Made by a program: the position numbers and the translations under genes
Source: a bacterium
GTDB taxonomy: Bacteria > Bacteroidota > Bacteroidia > Bacteroidales > FEN-979
Direction: 5' to 3'
DNA length: 64,000 nucleotides
Assembly: GCA_043806735.1 (NCBI GenBank)
Contig: JAZDGR010000105.1
Coordinates: forward strand, 3,294 to 67,293
Notes under the pieces: generated by a model
The model's input: only the letters and a program-made list of their open reading frames with translations
Told to the model about the DNA's origin: nothing
Databases searched by the model: none
Part shown: in pieces, positions 19,090-28,812 of the stretch
Layout of the letters: each line of letters starts with the position of its first letter
How positions within the stretch are numbered: the stretch's first letter is position 1

Positions 19090-20633
19090 TGTTTTTGTCG
19101 GGCTTAAAGTCTGGAGCGCTGTTCAGGAAATCATTTCTCCTGGTCAGCGCATTATTCTTTGTTCCCGGATCGCTACATTCCCAGTACTATTTCAACACCC
19201 GGTGCCAGGAAGCTTACATCGATATACTGAATTTCCGGTTTTTGGCTGCTGAGCGAGTTCTTCAGAAAGAGAAACTGGAGAATCCAGCCAACTTAATCCC
19301 TTATTATCTGGAAAATTATATCGACTTCTTTATCCTGTTTACCAAAGAGAACCGGGTAGAATTCGAGCAGATCAAACAACACAAATCAGCGCGGTTGGAT
19401 CTGTTGGAGAATGGGGATGAAGATTCTCCTTATTACCGGTTTTGCCTGGCAGGAGTGAATCTTCAATGGGCTTTAACCCGGCTTAAGTTTGGAGAATACA
19501 CCACGGCGGCATTTGAAATAAAGCGGGCATACCATCTGCTGACAGAAAACCAGGAACTTTTTCCGCAGTTTCTTCCCAATAATGTCGGGTTGGGAATTTT
19601 GCATATTCTCGTGGGGCTGATCCCGGATGACTATCGGTGGTTGGCAAACATTGCGGGCCTCGAAGGCTCGATTGAGCAGGGGGTCCAAGAGTTGAATTCA
19701 GTTTTGCTTTACCAGGGGAATGACCCGGTTTTTACTGTTTTTAAACCGGAATCCTGTTTTTACCTTGCCTTCGTCAATGCAAACCTGGGATTGAATAAAC
19801 AGGATGCTCTTGAGCTGGTCAGAAAGGTTGATCAGGATAACAACTTTCTAAAATACAACCAGAGTCCGTTATTGGTCTATGTCCGGGCTAGTACCTATAT
19901 GAAAAATGGAAAGAATGATGAGGTCATCCTCCTTCTTGAGGGATATCAGCCTCCCGTGGGAGTCTATCCTATTGTTTTTCTGGATTACATGGAAGGCTTG
20001 TCAAGACTGAACCACTTAGATCTATCTGCGGCGAAATATCTGAGAAAATTCCTGAAGGAGTTCCATGGAATCAATTATATCAAATCAGCCTATCAGAAAT
20101 TAGCCTGGTGTTATCTGCTTCAGGGAGATACGGTACGATACACACAAGAGATAACCAATGCCGGTAAAAAGGGATATGCCGTGGTCGACGAAGATAAACA
20201 GGCTTATTCCGAATACAATGTTTGGATCCGTCCCGCTATTCCCTTGTTGAAAGCCCGGCTTCTTTTCGATGGAGGTTATAACCAGCAAGCGCTGAATATT
20301 CTGTTGAATACTTCACTGGAGAGTTATGTCAGAGGTAAAAAGGATCTTACAGAGTACACCTACCGTTTGGGAAGGATCTATCATGAAATGGGAAATATTC
20401 CCAAAGCAATATTTTACTATACAGAAGCCATCACCAATGGGAAAAGCCTCCCGTATTACTATGCTGCGAATGCTGCATTAAAACTGGGAAATATTTATGA
20501 AAGGCAGGGAAATTACTTAACTGCAGATACGAATTACCAAATTTGTGCCTCTCTGAAATATGATGAATATGAAAACAGCCTTCGCCAGAAGGCGAAGGCC
20601 GGACTTAGAAGGATCAAGCATTCCCGTCGTTAA
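19089..20633 (+). CDS. TPR-like repeat protein with a signal peptide
   Basis: Start overlaps the upstream stop (TAATG). Helical-repeat composition, with C-terminal TPR-like AIFYYTEAI...ALKLGNIYERQGNY. Confidence 0.5.
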   Translation: MFLSGLKSGALFRKSFLLVSALFFVPGSLHSQYYFNTRCQEAYIDILNFRFLAAERVLQKEKLENPANLIPYYLENYIDFFILFTKENRVEFEQIKQHKSARLDLLENGDEDSPYYRFCLAGVNLQWALTRLKFGEYTTAAFEIKRAYHLLTENQELFPQFLPNNVGLGILHILVGLIPDDYRWLANIAGLEGSIEQGVQELNSVLLYQGNDPVFTVFKPESCFYLAFVNANLGLNKQDALELVRKVDQDNNFLKYNQSPLLVYVRASTYMKNGKNDEVILLLEGYQPPVGVYPIVFLDYMEGLSRLNHLDLSAAKYLRKFLKEFHGINYIKSAYQKLAWCYLLQGDTVRYTQEITNAGKKGYAVVDEDKQAYSEYNVWIRPAIPLLKARLLFDGGYNQQALNILLNTSLESYVRGKKDLTEYTYRLGRIYHEMGNIPKAIFYYTEAITNGKSLPYYYAANAALKLGNIYERQGNYLTADTNYQICASLKYDEYENSLRQKAKAGLRRIKHSRR

Positions 20634-22093
20634 AATTTAATCCCGAAAGTGGTGGTTATTGAATGTGCGTGAAGGGTAAGGTCGGCTGGATTGACCATCG
20701 CAGGATCATATAAATAGTATTTGCCGTCCGATCTCGCCCATTGATAAGCTACATTTGCAAAAAAGCGTTTCAAATGTATGCCAAACCCACCGCTAATGAC
20801 ATATCTTGGGCCAATATCACCAAGTTTATCAGGAGACCCATAATATCCGAATCCACCCCTGATGCGCAACATTAAAATTCGCCATTCTGTCCCGACACGG
20901 AAAGTAATAGGTGAATTATAGTCGTTGATTATCACTGTATTAACATCTTCAAAATCATCTCCGGGGGCTCTGTAACGGGCTTGGTTATAAGCGACATATT
21001 CATATTCGCCGCTGATAAATCCATATTTACCAACAAACAAAGCGAGGCTTCCGATAGCCCGGAATGGGGTCATCATCTGGTAATTATAAAAGCCCTCCGG
21101 AGATACTTGTGTGGGGTAGTTCAAGACACTATCGAAGGTAGCGGACATATAGGAGTTGTAATAATCGTATACATTCGGATACCAGGTCGGAGTATGAATT
21201 GCGGCTCCAAGCCGGATCCAGTTTGCGGGCCGGTATATCAGGCCTAGCTTAAAGTTCACACCTGTGCCGTTTGTCTGATAATTATAGGAGTAGGACAGGG
21301 ATTGAAAGTAGGGGATCGAATCCCCGGTGTCCTCTTCCCGGTAGTTGCTTTCTGAAAAGTACCTGATGCTTGGTATTCCAACAGTCAGGCCCACGTAAAG
21401 TTTATCCGCAATATTGCCCCCAAATGAAATGTCAAATTCATTGATTGAGCCCCACGTCCTGATTACCTTCTCCTGGTAAACTCCGCCATCGGGCATATCA
21501 AAGAAATACTTTTTCTGGATGCTGTCATAAAAGATCAGGCCGCAATCATAAGCCAATCCAATATCAAATGGATAATCGTACCTGACCATGTTGGGTTTAG
21601 TTACGGGAGGGGTATTTAAGATATCCGTAAAGTAATTCAGGATTGAACTCGTATGATTGGGGCCCTGGATGAACACCCTCTCGTTAAAATCATTTTGCCG
21701 GTTCATGCCAAACCCGATATTAATGGACCGTAATCCCCCGGTCCGGTTAGCTTTCCCTGTAAATAAAGTATAGATGAATCCGAAATTTGACATGGCAAAA
21801 TTTACTTCGGAATCCCTACCTGAAGTCCCGTTGTATTCAGAGGTATTATATTCAACAATGAAAGAAGGGGATAAGGTGATCTCTGAGCTTCTGTACAAGG
21901 CAATTCCGGCGGGATTTGTAGCAGCAGTCGAGAAATCAGCTCCAACCGCTCCAAAAGCTCCTCCCGTGCCCATAAAGCGTGCAGTTCCATTATAGAAAAT
22001 CCGGGAATATCTCAAGGCATCCAGTGCAGTTTGGGCATGGGCTGGTGACAATGACAGCAGGAGTATGAGGTAGATTAATGTGAGTCTTTTCAT
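20630..22093 (-). CDS. FadL/PorV-like outer-membrane beta-barrel protein
   Basis: Signal peptide, then GTARFMGTGGAFGAVGADFSTAATNPAGIA (FadL/OMPP1-type N-terminal plug motif). Alternating beta pattern. Terminal ...FGIKF. Confidence 0.55.
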   Translation of the reverse strand: MKRLTLIYLILLLSLSPAHAQTALDALRYSRIFYNGTARFMGTGGAFGAVGADFSTAATNPAGIALYRSSEITLSPSFIVEYNTSEYNGTSGRDSEVNFAMSNFGFIYTLFTGKANRTGGLRSINIGFGMNRQNDFNERVFIQGPNHTSSILNYFTDILNTPPVTKPNMVRYDYPFDIGLAYDCGLIFYDSIQKKYFFDMPDGGVYQEKVIRTWGSINEFDISFGGNIADKLYVGLTVGIPSIRYFSESNYREEDTGDSIPYFQSLSYSYNYQTNGTGVNFKLGLIYRPANWIRLGAAIHTPTWYPNVYDYYNSYMSATFDSVLNYPTQVSPEGFYNYQMMTPFRAIGSLALFVGKYGFISGEYEYVAYNQARYRAPGDDFEDVNTVIINDYNSPITFRVGTEWRILMLRIRGGFGYYGSPDKLGDIGPRYVISGGFGIHLKRFFANVAYQWARSDGKYYLYDPAMVNPADLTLHAHSITTTFGIKF

Positions 22094-22135
22094 TTCAAAT
22101 CTGCTTATACGTGATTGAATTCCATGATAACCTGA

Positions 22136-23590
22136 TTATTTCCTTCTTCCGCCAGAGCCTCCTCCACCCGATCCGGCATTCCCTGACGATTTTGAAGGAG
22201 TAGAATATGAACTTCCACCTGATCTGGAAGGAGATGAGGATGAATTCGATCTTGACGGGGGTGACTGAGGTTGACTATTATTCCGACTCGGAGTGCTGTA
22301 GCTTTTCGAGTTTGTATTGGTCCGATTTGGGACAGAATATTGCCTGGTTGGTGTTGACCTTGGTTGATCAACGGATTGTCTCTGAGGATGTTGCACCTGC
22401 TGCCGGGTTTGAGTTGGCTGTCCGGATCTATTCTGTTGCTGAACATTCTGTGGAGCGGACTGAGTTCTGGGACTCAAGTATTCCTGGCTTGATTTAGGCT
22501 GCCGGTAGGCGGGAGAAGAATAGTTTTGTGTCTTGCTTGGAGGCTGATTAGACCTGTGAACCCCTGGTTTTGAGTATTTTGGAGGCTGTGTTTGCTGTCT
22601 CTGGGCAACCTCAGAAGAGGTTCTTTGTGGAGCAGGTTTTGCTTCATCGGATGACCTGGTATACTGGTACCTTTGTTGTGTTGAGGAGGGAACTGTCCTG
22701 TTGATAGAACCACGTTCAGCGGTGGTAAGCTGTGTATTAGACCTTGAACTGACAGGGACTGAACGTTCATTCTTTTCCGGAGTGATCGTCCGTGGATTCC
22801 GGTCAGGATTTGTCAATGATTGTTCCGTTATGGTTCTTTGATTGATGCCAGTTCCCCCGGGGGAAGTAATAGGACGACGCCGGCCATAATAAGTATCGAC
22901 ATAAGGATATTCCCATGAATTCCAACCATAAGGATAGCCGTAATATCCGTCCCAGTACCCATTCCAGTATCCATTCCAGTATCCATAGGAGTATGGACTC
23001 CAGTAAGGTGAATAGGCCCAGAAAGGAAACGGATTGTACCACCAGGAATAATTCCAGTACCAGCTGGGATAATAAGGATATCCCCATCCGTAATCCCAAT
23101 ACCAGGGATCGCATCCCCAGCCGATACCAAATGAGGAAGAGGGCCCCCAAAAGGATCCGACACCGGCCCCAACATACACCGAGACATCCGGAGAAGAGGC
23201 TCCCCCGGAAATGGTGGTATCATAATTGGAAGGATCCGTATAAGTTTCATCAAAATATGATGCATCCGTATTGGGATTATGAAACCTTTTCACTCTGGCG
23301 GAATAGGAATAATCATTGTAATCGTCATACGAAGTAGCAGACTTTGGGAGAGTTGCAGAAACACTGTCCGGATTTGTAATATAGGTGAGAGAAGAATCGA
23401 TTGAAGTGGAGGCCTGTTGTGTTCCGGGCGCACTTTCGGGTTGCTGGTCTTTCTTGTTCTTTTTGTTTTTTGTAGATGCTGAATAGTACACATCATCACT
23501 ATTAACAGCATCTTGGTTTTTGTTTTGCTGGGCAAAAGAACCACTGAGGATAAAGCCCAGGATTAAGATGATGAATGCTGCTTTTTTCAT
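22136..23590 (-). CDS. Secreted low-complexity protein: W/Y/G/P-rich (YXWGXW-like) core plus a Q/S/P/R/T-rich basic tail
   Basis: Signal peptide MKKAAFIILILGFILSGSFAQ. Core ...YGYWNGYWNGYWDGYYGYPYGW.... Perfect SD upstream. Other-frame ORFs in this region are shadows. Confidence 0.6.
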   Translation of the reverse strand: MKKAAFIILILGFILSGSFAQQNKNQDAVNSDDVYYSASTKNKKNKKDQQPESAPGTQQASTSIDSSLTYITNPDSVSATLPKSATSYDDYNDYSYSARVKRFHNPNTDASYFDETYTDPSNYDTTISGGASSPDVSVYVGAGVGSFWGPSSSFGIGWGCDPWYWDYGWGYPYYPSWYWNYSWWYNPFPFWAYSPYWSPYSYGYWNGYWNGYWDGYYGYPYGWNSWEYPYVDTYYGRRRPITSPGGTGINQRTITEQSLTNPDRNPRTITPEKNERSVPVSSRSNTQLTTAERGSINRTVPSSTQQRYQYTRSSDEAKPAPQRTSSEVAQRQQTQPPKYSKPGVHRSNQPPSKTQNYSSPAYRQPKSSQEYLSPRTQSAPQNVQQQNRSGQPTQTRQQVQHPQRQSVDQPRSTPTRQYSVPNRTNTNSKSYSTPSRNNSQPQSPPSRSNSSSSPSRSGGSSYSTPSKSSGNAGSGGGGSGGRRK

Positions 23591-23596
23591 GATATT

Positions 23597-23604
23597 ACCT
23601 CCTT
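23597..23604 (-). promoter_or_regulatory. Canonical Shine-Dalgarno AAGGAGGT, with 7 nt between GGAGG and the ATG at 23590
   Basis: Minus strand reads AAGGAGGTAATATCATG. No comparable SD was seen by eye upstream of other starts in the window. Confidence 0.55.
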
Positions 23605-23649
23605 TAGGATTTACGGGTCGTTAACTTTATTCGATCCCTCATTTTTTAT

Positions 23650-23657
23650 TACTTTTG
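23650..23657 (+). promoter_or_regulatory. -7 box (TACTTTTG) for proS
   Basis: Matches TAnnTTTG, 50 nt upstream of the ATG at 23708. Confidence 0.35.
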
Positions 23658-23707
23658 TGCGCAAGTTCAAATAAGAGACACAGCAAACATCATACCATAA
23701 TTAAAAA

Positions 23708-25183
23708 ATGGCTAAAGATTTTCCAACCCGGGCAGAAAATTATGCTCAATGGTATAACGACCTTGTCATCAAAGCCGATCTTGCGGAGAACTCCGCAGTA
23801 AGGGGTTGTATGGTGATTAAACCTTATGGTTTTGCGATCTGGGAGAAGATGCAGTCCGCCCTGGATAAAATGTTTAAAGATACCGGACATTCAAACGCCT
23901 ATTTTCCCATTTTTATTCCAAAGTCATTTTTTAGTAAAGAAGCCAGCCACGTTGAAGGATTTGCCAAAGAGTGTGCCGTTGTTACGCATTACAGGTTAAA
24001 GAATTCACCTGATGGCCGAGGGGTTATCGTGGACGAAGATGCAAAATTGGAAGAAGAGTTGATTATACGCCCCACTTCCGAAACAATTATTTGGGATACA
24101 TACAAAAACTGGATCCACTCCTACCGCGATCTCCCTATTCTGATTAACCAGTGGGCAAATGTGGTTAGATGGGAAATGCGGACCCGGCTTTTTTTACGGA
24201 CTACTGAATTTCTCTGGCAGGAGGGTCATACTGCTCATGCGACTAAAGAAGAAGCCCTGCGGGAAGCAGAAACGATCTTGGATCTTTATTCTGATTTCGC
24301 GGAAAACTGGATGGCCCTTCCGGTTATCAAAGGAGTAAAAACCGAAGCAGAGCGGTTCGCCGGAGCAATTGATACCTATGCTATTGAAGGTTTGATGCAA
24401 GACGGGAAAGCATTGCAATCAGGAACTTCTCATTTTTTAGGCCAGAATTTTGCCAAAGCGTTTGATGTCAAATTTTTAAATAAAGAAAATCAACTGGATT
24501 ATGTATGGGCAACCTCATGGGGAGTTTCTACGCGGCTGATAGGAGCATTGATCATGGCTCATTCAGATGATCATGGCCTGGTTCTTCCTCCGAAACTTGC
24601 ACCGATCCAGGTAGCAATAGTCCCGGTTTTCAAGACTTCCGAACAATTGGCAAAGATCTCAAGTGTCATTGTTCCTATTAAAAAGGAATTGGAGTCGAAT
24701 GGTATTACCGTGAAATACGATGACCGAGAGACACATAAACCAGGCTGGAAATTTTCAGAGTACGAATTTAAAGGAGTGCCTTTACGGTTGACACTCGGAC
24801 CCAGGGATCTGGATCAGGGGACCATTGAGATTGCAAGGAGAGATACACTGACAAAATCGGTTGTTCCTATCCATATGATTAAAGAAACGGTTCCCGGAAT
24901 GCTCGATGAAATCCAGAAAAATCTTTTTGCCAGGAGTTTTGACTTCCGGGAGGAAAATACGTACCGGGTTGATACCTGGGATGAATTTGTAGATATCATA
25001 GAGAATAAAGGTGGATTTGTTTATGCCCATTGGGATGGAACTCCTGAAACGGAAGAGAAAATAAAAGAAGCAACCAAGGCGACCGTCCGGGTCATTCCAT
25101 TTAATAATCCACAAGAAGCAGGTAAATGTATCTTTTCCGGGAAACCCTCCTCTGAAAGGGTTCTTTTTGCAAGGGCCTACTAA
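23708..25183 (+). CDS. proS: Proline--tRNA ligase (archaeal/eukaryote-like class II type)
   Basis: 491 aa: [19 protein letters not shown], class II motif 2/3 context ([16 protein letters not shown]; [10 protein letters not shown]), and the C-terminal ProRS-C domain ending ARAY. Confidence 0.95.
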   Translation: MAKDFPTRAENYAQWYNDLVIKADLAENSAVRGCMVIKPYGFAIWEKMQSALDKMFKDTGHSNAYFPIFIPKSFFSKEASHVEGFAKECAVVTHYRLKNSPDGRGVIVDEDAKLEEELIIRPTSETIIWDTYKNWIHSYRDLPILINQWANVVRWEMRTRLFLRTTEFLWQEGHTAHATKEEALREAETILDLYSDFAENWMALPVIKGVKTEAERFAGAIDTYAIEGLMQDGKALQSGTSHFLGQNFAKAFDVKFLNKENQLDYVWATSWGVSTRLIGALIMAHSDDHGLVLPPKLAPIQVAIVPVFKTSEQLAKISSVIVPIKKELESNGITVKYDDRETHKPGWKFSEYEFKGVPLRLTLGPRDLDQGTIEIARRDTLTKSVVPIHMIKETVPGMLDEIQKNLFARSFDFREENTYRVDTWDEFVDIIENKGGFVYAHWDGTPETEEKIKEATKATVRVIPFNNPQEAGKCIFSGKPSSERVLFARAY

Positions 25184-25927
25184 TCAGAAGGGAATAACTT
25201 TCCCTGTCCCGTTAAGTATTGTGGTGATTTTCTTTGGATTTCCGGTATAATAGATATCGCCAATCGATTCAATTGTGGCGGTGAGTTCCTGGTCGGCATA
25301 TACATAGCAATTATTTGAGGAGCGGCTGGAAATAAAAAGGAACCTTGCATGAAGATTCCTTGCATCCAGAAGTCCGAAATCACCACTCGACAAAGAGGCT
25401 ATATCACAAGCTCCTCTCAGGTGCAGGTCAGCGGTTCCAAGCTGAAGATAAAAATACCCCTGGAAAATGTCGACGTCCAGATCGATTGTTCCGCATCCTC
25501 CCCAAACCTCCAGCATGAGGGAATCATAGGAGAGTTTGTTTAGACTGGTAAGATTTCCCGAAGAATTGTAATAGATCTTCCAAAGGTCCGGGGTGGATAT
25601 ATAGACATTGATGGGATTGTTATAACTCCGGATCCAGTTGCAGGTATTATTGTTATGAATGACCAGTTGCCGGTTCTTTACTTCAGTACTGATTCCTGGG
25701 AGTATGTTTTTTCCTGCCTGGACCGTAACTTTTGTAACACTATCATGAGAGATGAATACATTGACATAATCATTTATCTCTATTGAATCGAATGGGGAAA
25801 TGGTTCGTTCTTCGGTAGTGATCTCTCCGGTACTGTTGAGACAATCAAATCCGGTTTTCCCGCATCCGCACCAGCACAACAGTATGGAAAGGAAACTGAC
25901 CGCCAATGCCCCCTTCATGTTCTTCAT
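25184..25927 (-). CDS. Lipoprotein with a DUF2807 / head-GIN-like beta-helical domain
   Basis: Lipobox-like LLCWCGCG. Repeated short beta segments (VNVFISHDSVTKVTVQAG...LHLRGACD...) as in DUF2807 proteins. Confidence 0.5.
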   Translation of the reverse strand: MKNMKGALAVSFLSILLCWCGCGKTGFDCLNSTGEITTEERTISPFDSIEINDYVNVFISHDSVTKVTVQAGKNILPGISTEVKNRQLVIHNNNTCNWIRSYNNPINVYISTPDLWKIYYNSSGNLTSLNKLSYDSLMLEVWGGCGTIDLDVDIFQGYFYLQLGTADLHLRGACDIASLSSGDFGLLDARNLHARFLFISSRSSNNCYVYADQELTATIESIGDIYYTGNPKKITTILNGTGKVIPF

Positions 25928-27087
25928 CCTTTTATGATTTTTTTTCCAAATGGAATATCAAATTGATATCCGACCCCAAATCCCACGTAATCCGCGCGAC
26001 CAAAATGAACTTTCAGCATGATGGTCGCAAAGAAATTCTTTGAAAAATTATATTGAATTGAGAGTTTCTCATATAGCGGACCATTGCTTTTTTCAGCCCC
26101 GCCTAGATAATACCCGATATTAAAAATAAATCCCAGTTTGGACAGTACCAACTGGTAAGCTGCGTTCACCCCGGGTCGTAGAATTTGCAACGTGTTTAGG
26201 ATCGTGTCTCCCTGTAATTCGAGAATTTTTATATGTGAAGGATCATAGGATAAATCCAATCCGATTCCGACTTTACTTTTCTTTGATATCTGGTAAAAGG
26301 TATTTTCATACAGGTGCAGAACAATGTAATTTTCACCCAGAACGGCTTCCATATTCTTATAACCCAGGGCAACTCCAAGGTTAAATTCGATATACCGATG
26401 GAGAATGGCCGAAAAAGGTTCTGTCGGAGGATAAAAGCGGTCCCCGATCTGTTTATTCTTTCGCACCGGCCAGAATGCAATACCGACATTTATCATCGGA
26501 GCATTGAGCCCGTAATTAGGCATTTTCAGGGATCCGTTTGAGAAATGCTGCAGGCAGACTCCAGCCGAGGCCGTTAGCCAGGTGTTAATTCGATATCTGG
26601 CCTCGAACATCATGTTGATGGCTGCATTCAGATGCGTTCCTATCGCTGTATTCTTATAATTCTCGAGCCGGTCAAATTTTTTCGTCAAATATCCCGCCCC
26701 AAGCGCAAAGCGGAATCCAAAAAAGAAATTTTCATGCTGGTATAAGGGGAAATTGATGAATGGCATTACTCCGATAGCCTGTCCCAGGTAAGGGGAATTT
26801 CCCAGGTTCGAGTACCAAAAGGCCAAGCCTATGATAGGATACCCAAAATTTCTTTCCCATTTATGTTTTCCGTATGTCTGTAGCTGAATGCTGATTTCAA
26901 AGGCGGGAAAATGGGCATTAAACAGTTCAAGTTCAAGGTGATGTGCATACAGAAAACCATAGTAAACCTTCCCTTCCACATACAGGTTGGAGGTATATTG
27001 TCTATGAAAAGATTGCGTAAAGGAACTCAATGGCCAACCCAGGAACAGGCAACAAAGAAAAATCCAGCACGGGGTATTATTGTTCAT
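25924..27087 (-). CDS. Acyloxyacyl hydrolase / PagL-like lipid A deacylase family candidate
   Basis: Signal peptide. YVEGKVYYGFLYAHH...YGKHKWERNFGYPIIGLAFWYSNLGNSPYLG pattern as in Bacteroidota acyloxyacyl hydrolases. Overlaps the start of the downstream gene by 4 nt. Confidence 0.5.
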   Translation of the reverse strand: MNNNTPCWIFLCCLFLGWPLSSFTQSFHRQYTSNLYVEGKVYYGFLYAHHLELELFNAHFPAFEISIQLQTYGKHKWERNFGYPIIGLAFWYSNLGNSPYLGQAIGVMPFINFPLYQHENFFFGFRFALGAGYLTKKFDRLENYKNTAIGTHLNAAINMMFEARYRINTWLTASAGVCLQHFSNGSLKMPNYGLNAPMINVGIAFWPVRKNKQIGDRFYPPTEPFSAILHRYIEFNLGVALGYKNMEAVLGENYIVLHLYENTFYQISKKSKVGIGLDLSYDPSHIKILELQGDTILNTLQILRPGVNAAYQLVLSKLGFIFNIGYYLGGAEKSNGPLYEKLSIQYNFSKNFFATIMLKVHFGRADYVGFGVGYQFDIPFGKKIIKG

Positions 27088-27186
27088 TGTTTAATGCAGG
27101 ATTCCTAATCAAGGTAAAAGTTTCCGGCAAATTTACCAGGAATCGCCAACTTCCACTAGCAGAAACGCTGAAACGGTATAAATAAG

Positions 27187-27194
27187 TATTTTTG
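27187..27194 (+). promoter_or_regulatory. -7 box (TATTTTTG) for mazG
   Basis: Only 5 nt before the ATG at 27200, so the true start may be the second Met (27212) or the mRNA is nearly leaderless. Confidence 0.3.
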
Positions 27195-27199
27195 CTGAA

Positions 27200-27994
27200 A
27201 TGAAGATTACAATGGAAGAAAAAGTTGCCGCGTTCGGGAAACTGATCGAAATCATGGATACACTGAGGGCAAACTGTCCCTGGGATAAAAAGCAGACCCT
27301 TGAAAGCCTGAGATACCTCACGATTGAAGAGACCTATGAATTATCTGACGCCATTCTCGAGAAAAATATGGATGGGATCAAAAAGGAGTTGGGGGATTTG
27401 ATGTTGCACCTGGTTTTTTATGCCAAGATTGCATCTGAACAGCAGGCTTTTGACATCTGTGATGTACTTAAAACCATCATCGATAAGCTGATCCATAGGC
27501 ATCCGCATATTTTTGGAGATGTGAAAGTCAAGAGTGCTAAAGAAGTACGGGATAACTGGGAAAAAATCAAACTTAAAGAAAAAGGAAATCAATCCGTGTT
27601 ATCCGGGGTTCCCGGATCTTTGCCAGCGGTTGTCAAAGCATACAGGATTCAGGAGAAGGCTAGTGGGGTTGGGTTTGACTGGGATCATGCCGATCAGGTC
27701 TGGATGAAAGTTCTGGAGGAGTTGACCGAGTTAAAGGATGCTGTTCATGAAGGAGCCAACCATACTATTATAGAGCATGAGATTGGCGATCTTCTCTTTG
27801 CCATTATAAATTATGCCCGTTTTATCGATGTGAACCCTGAAGATGCTTTGGAACGAACCAATAAAAAGTTTATTAAGCGGTTTCAATATATAGAAGATCA
27901 GGCGAAGAAGGCGCATAAGCCACTCCAGCAAATGACCTTACAGGAGATGGATGCATTTTGGAATGAAGCGAAAAAACTTGAACGGGAATCATGA
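27200..27994 (+). CDS. mazG: Nucleoside triphosphate pyrophosphohydrolase
   Basis: Tandem MazG domains: EETYELSDAI...ELGDLMLHL and EELTELKDAV...EIGDLLFAI. Confidence 0.85.
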   Translation: MKITMEEKVAAFGKLIEIMDTLRANCPWDKKQTLESLRYLTIEETYELSDAILEKNMDGIKKELGDLMLHLVFYAKIASEQQAFDICDVLKTIIDKLIHRHPHIFGDVKVKSAKEVRDNWEKIKLKEKGNQSVLSGVPGSLPAVVKAYRIQEKASGVGFDWDHADQVWMKVLEELTELKDAVHEGANHTIIEHEIGDLLFAIINYARFIDVNPEDALERTNKKFIKRFQYIEDQAKKAHKPLQQMTLQEMDAFWNEAKKLERES

Positions 27995-28812
27995 AATATT
28001 CTCTCTGCCTGTTATTTTGTTTATCTTTTTTTTTACCTATGCGAACGAACGGGCAGAGGGATACGGTTCCATCAGCACATCAAAAATTATATATCGATAA
28101 GGCCTATTTTAAATCCTACCTCGTTGACGGATTTGATGTGGTTAAGTTTCCGGTGCGGTGGACTACAGGCCAATGGGTTGGAGCAACGATCATGGCAGGA
28201 ACTACAGTTTTTTTATTCTCTGTTGACGGGCATATCCAGGGATGGGCACAAAGCAATAGAACTCCGGCACTTGACCAGCTAAGTAAATATCTGTTTGAAC
28301 CTATCGGCAGTGGTTTGTACAGCCTCTCAGCGATGGGAATTTTATATGGCTGCGGATTAATTTCGAAAGACGACAGGGCGAAGATCACCGCCCTGAAAGG
28401 AGTGGAAGCATTTATTCTGTCGGGAATTACTTCTCAAATCATCAAGCAGTTAACCCACCGGCACAGACCGTATCAGGACGATCCTCCGGATCCTTTCATG
28501 TGGGATGGCCCTTTTCATGGGTTTACAAATACTTCCTTCCCCTCAGGTCATTCAGCAACCGCTTTTGCCATTGCCGCAGTGGTTGCAACATCTTACCAGG
28601 AAACAATATGGGTGCCAATTCTCTGTTATACACTTGCGACAGGAACAGCTTTATCGAGGATTTACGATAATGATCATTGGGCATCCGATGTCCTGGCAGG
28701 TTCAGTGATCGGATTTGGGATAGGTCAACTCGTGGTTCACAATGAGAGCCGGCTCAAAGTAATCCCTGTTTCTCCCACAGGAGCAGGCATTTCGCTGGTA
28801 TATCAATTCTAG
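27991..28812 (+). CDS. PAP2-family membrane phosphatase (possible lipid A / undecaprenyl-PP phosphatase)
   Basis: Acid phosphatase motifs KQLTHRHRP, PSGHS and SRIYDNDHWASD. Start overlaps the mazG stop. Confidence 0.8.
   Translation: MKYSLCLLFCLSFFLPMRTNGQRDTVPSAHQKLYIDKAYFKSYLVDGFDVVKFPVRWTTGQWVGATIMAGTTVFLFSVDGHIQGWAQSNRTPALDQLSKYLFEPIGSGLYSLSAMGILYGCGLISKDDRAKITALKGVEAFILSGITSQIIKQLTHRHRPYQDDPPDPFMWDGPFHGFTNTSFPSGHSATAFAIAAVVATSYQETIWVPILCYTLATGTALSRIYDNDHWASDVLAGSVIGFGIGQLVVHNESRLKVIPVSPTGAGISLVYQF

Noticed and set aside
22105-23544. Several alternative-frame ORFs (22105..22446, 22474..22770, 22803..23150, 22828..23265, 22915..23337, 23290..23544) in the low-complexity region.
   Set aside because: The repetitive codon composition keeps several frames open. 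Only the 22136..23590 frame has a signal peptide, an SD and full-length continuity.
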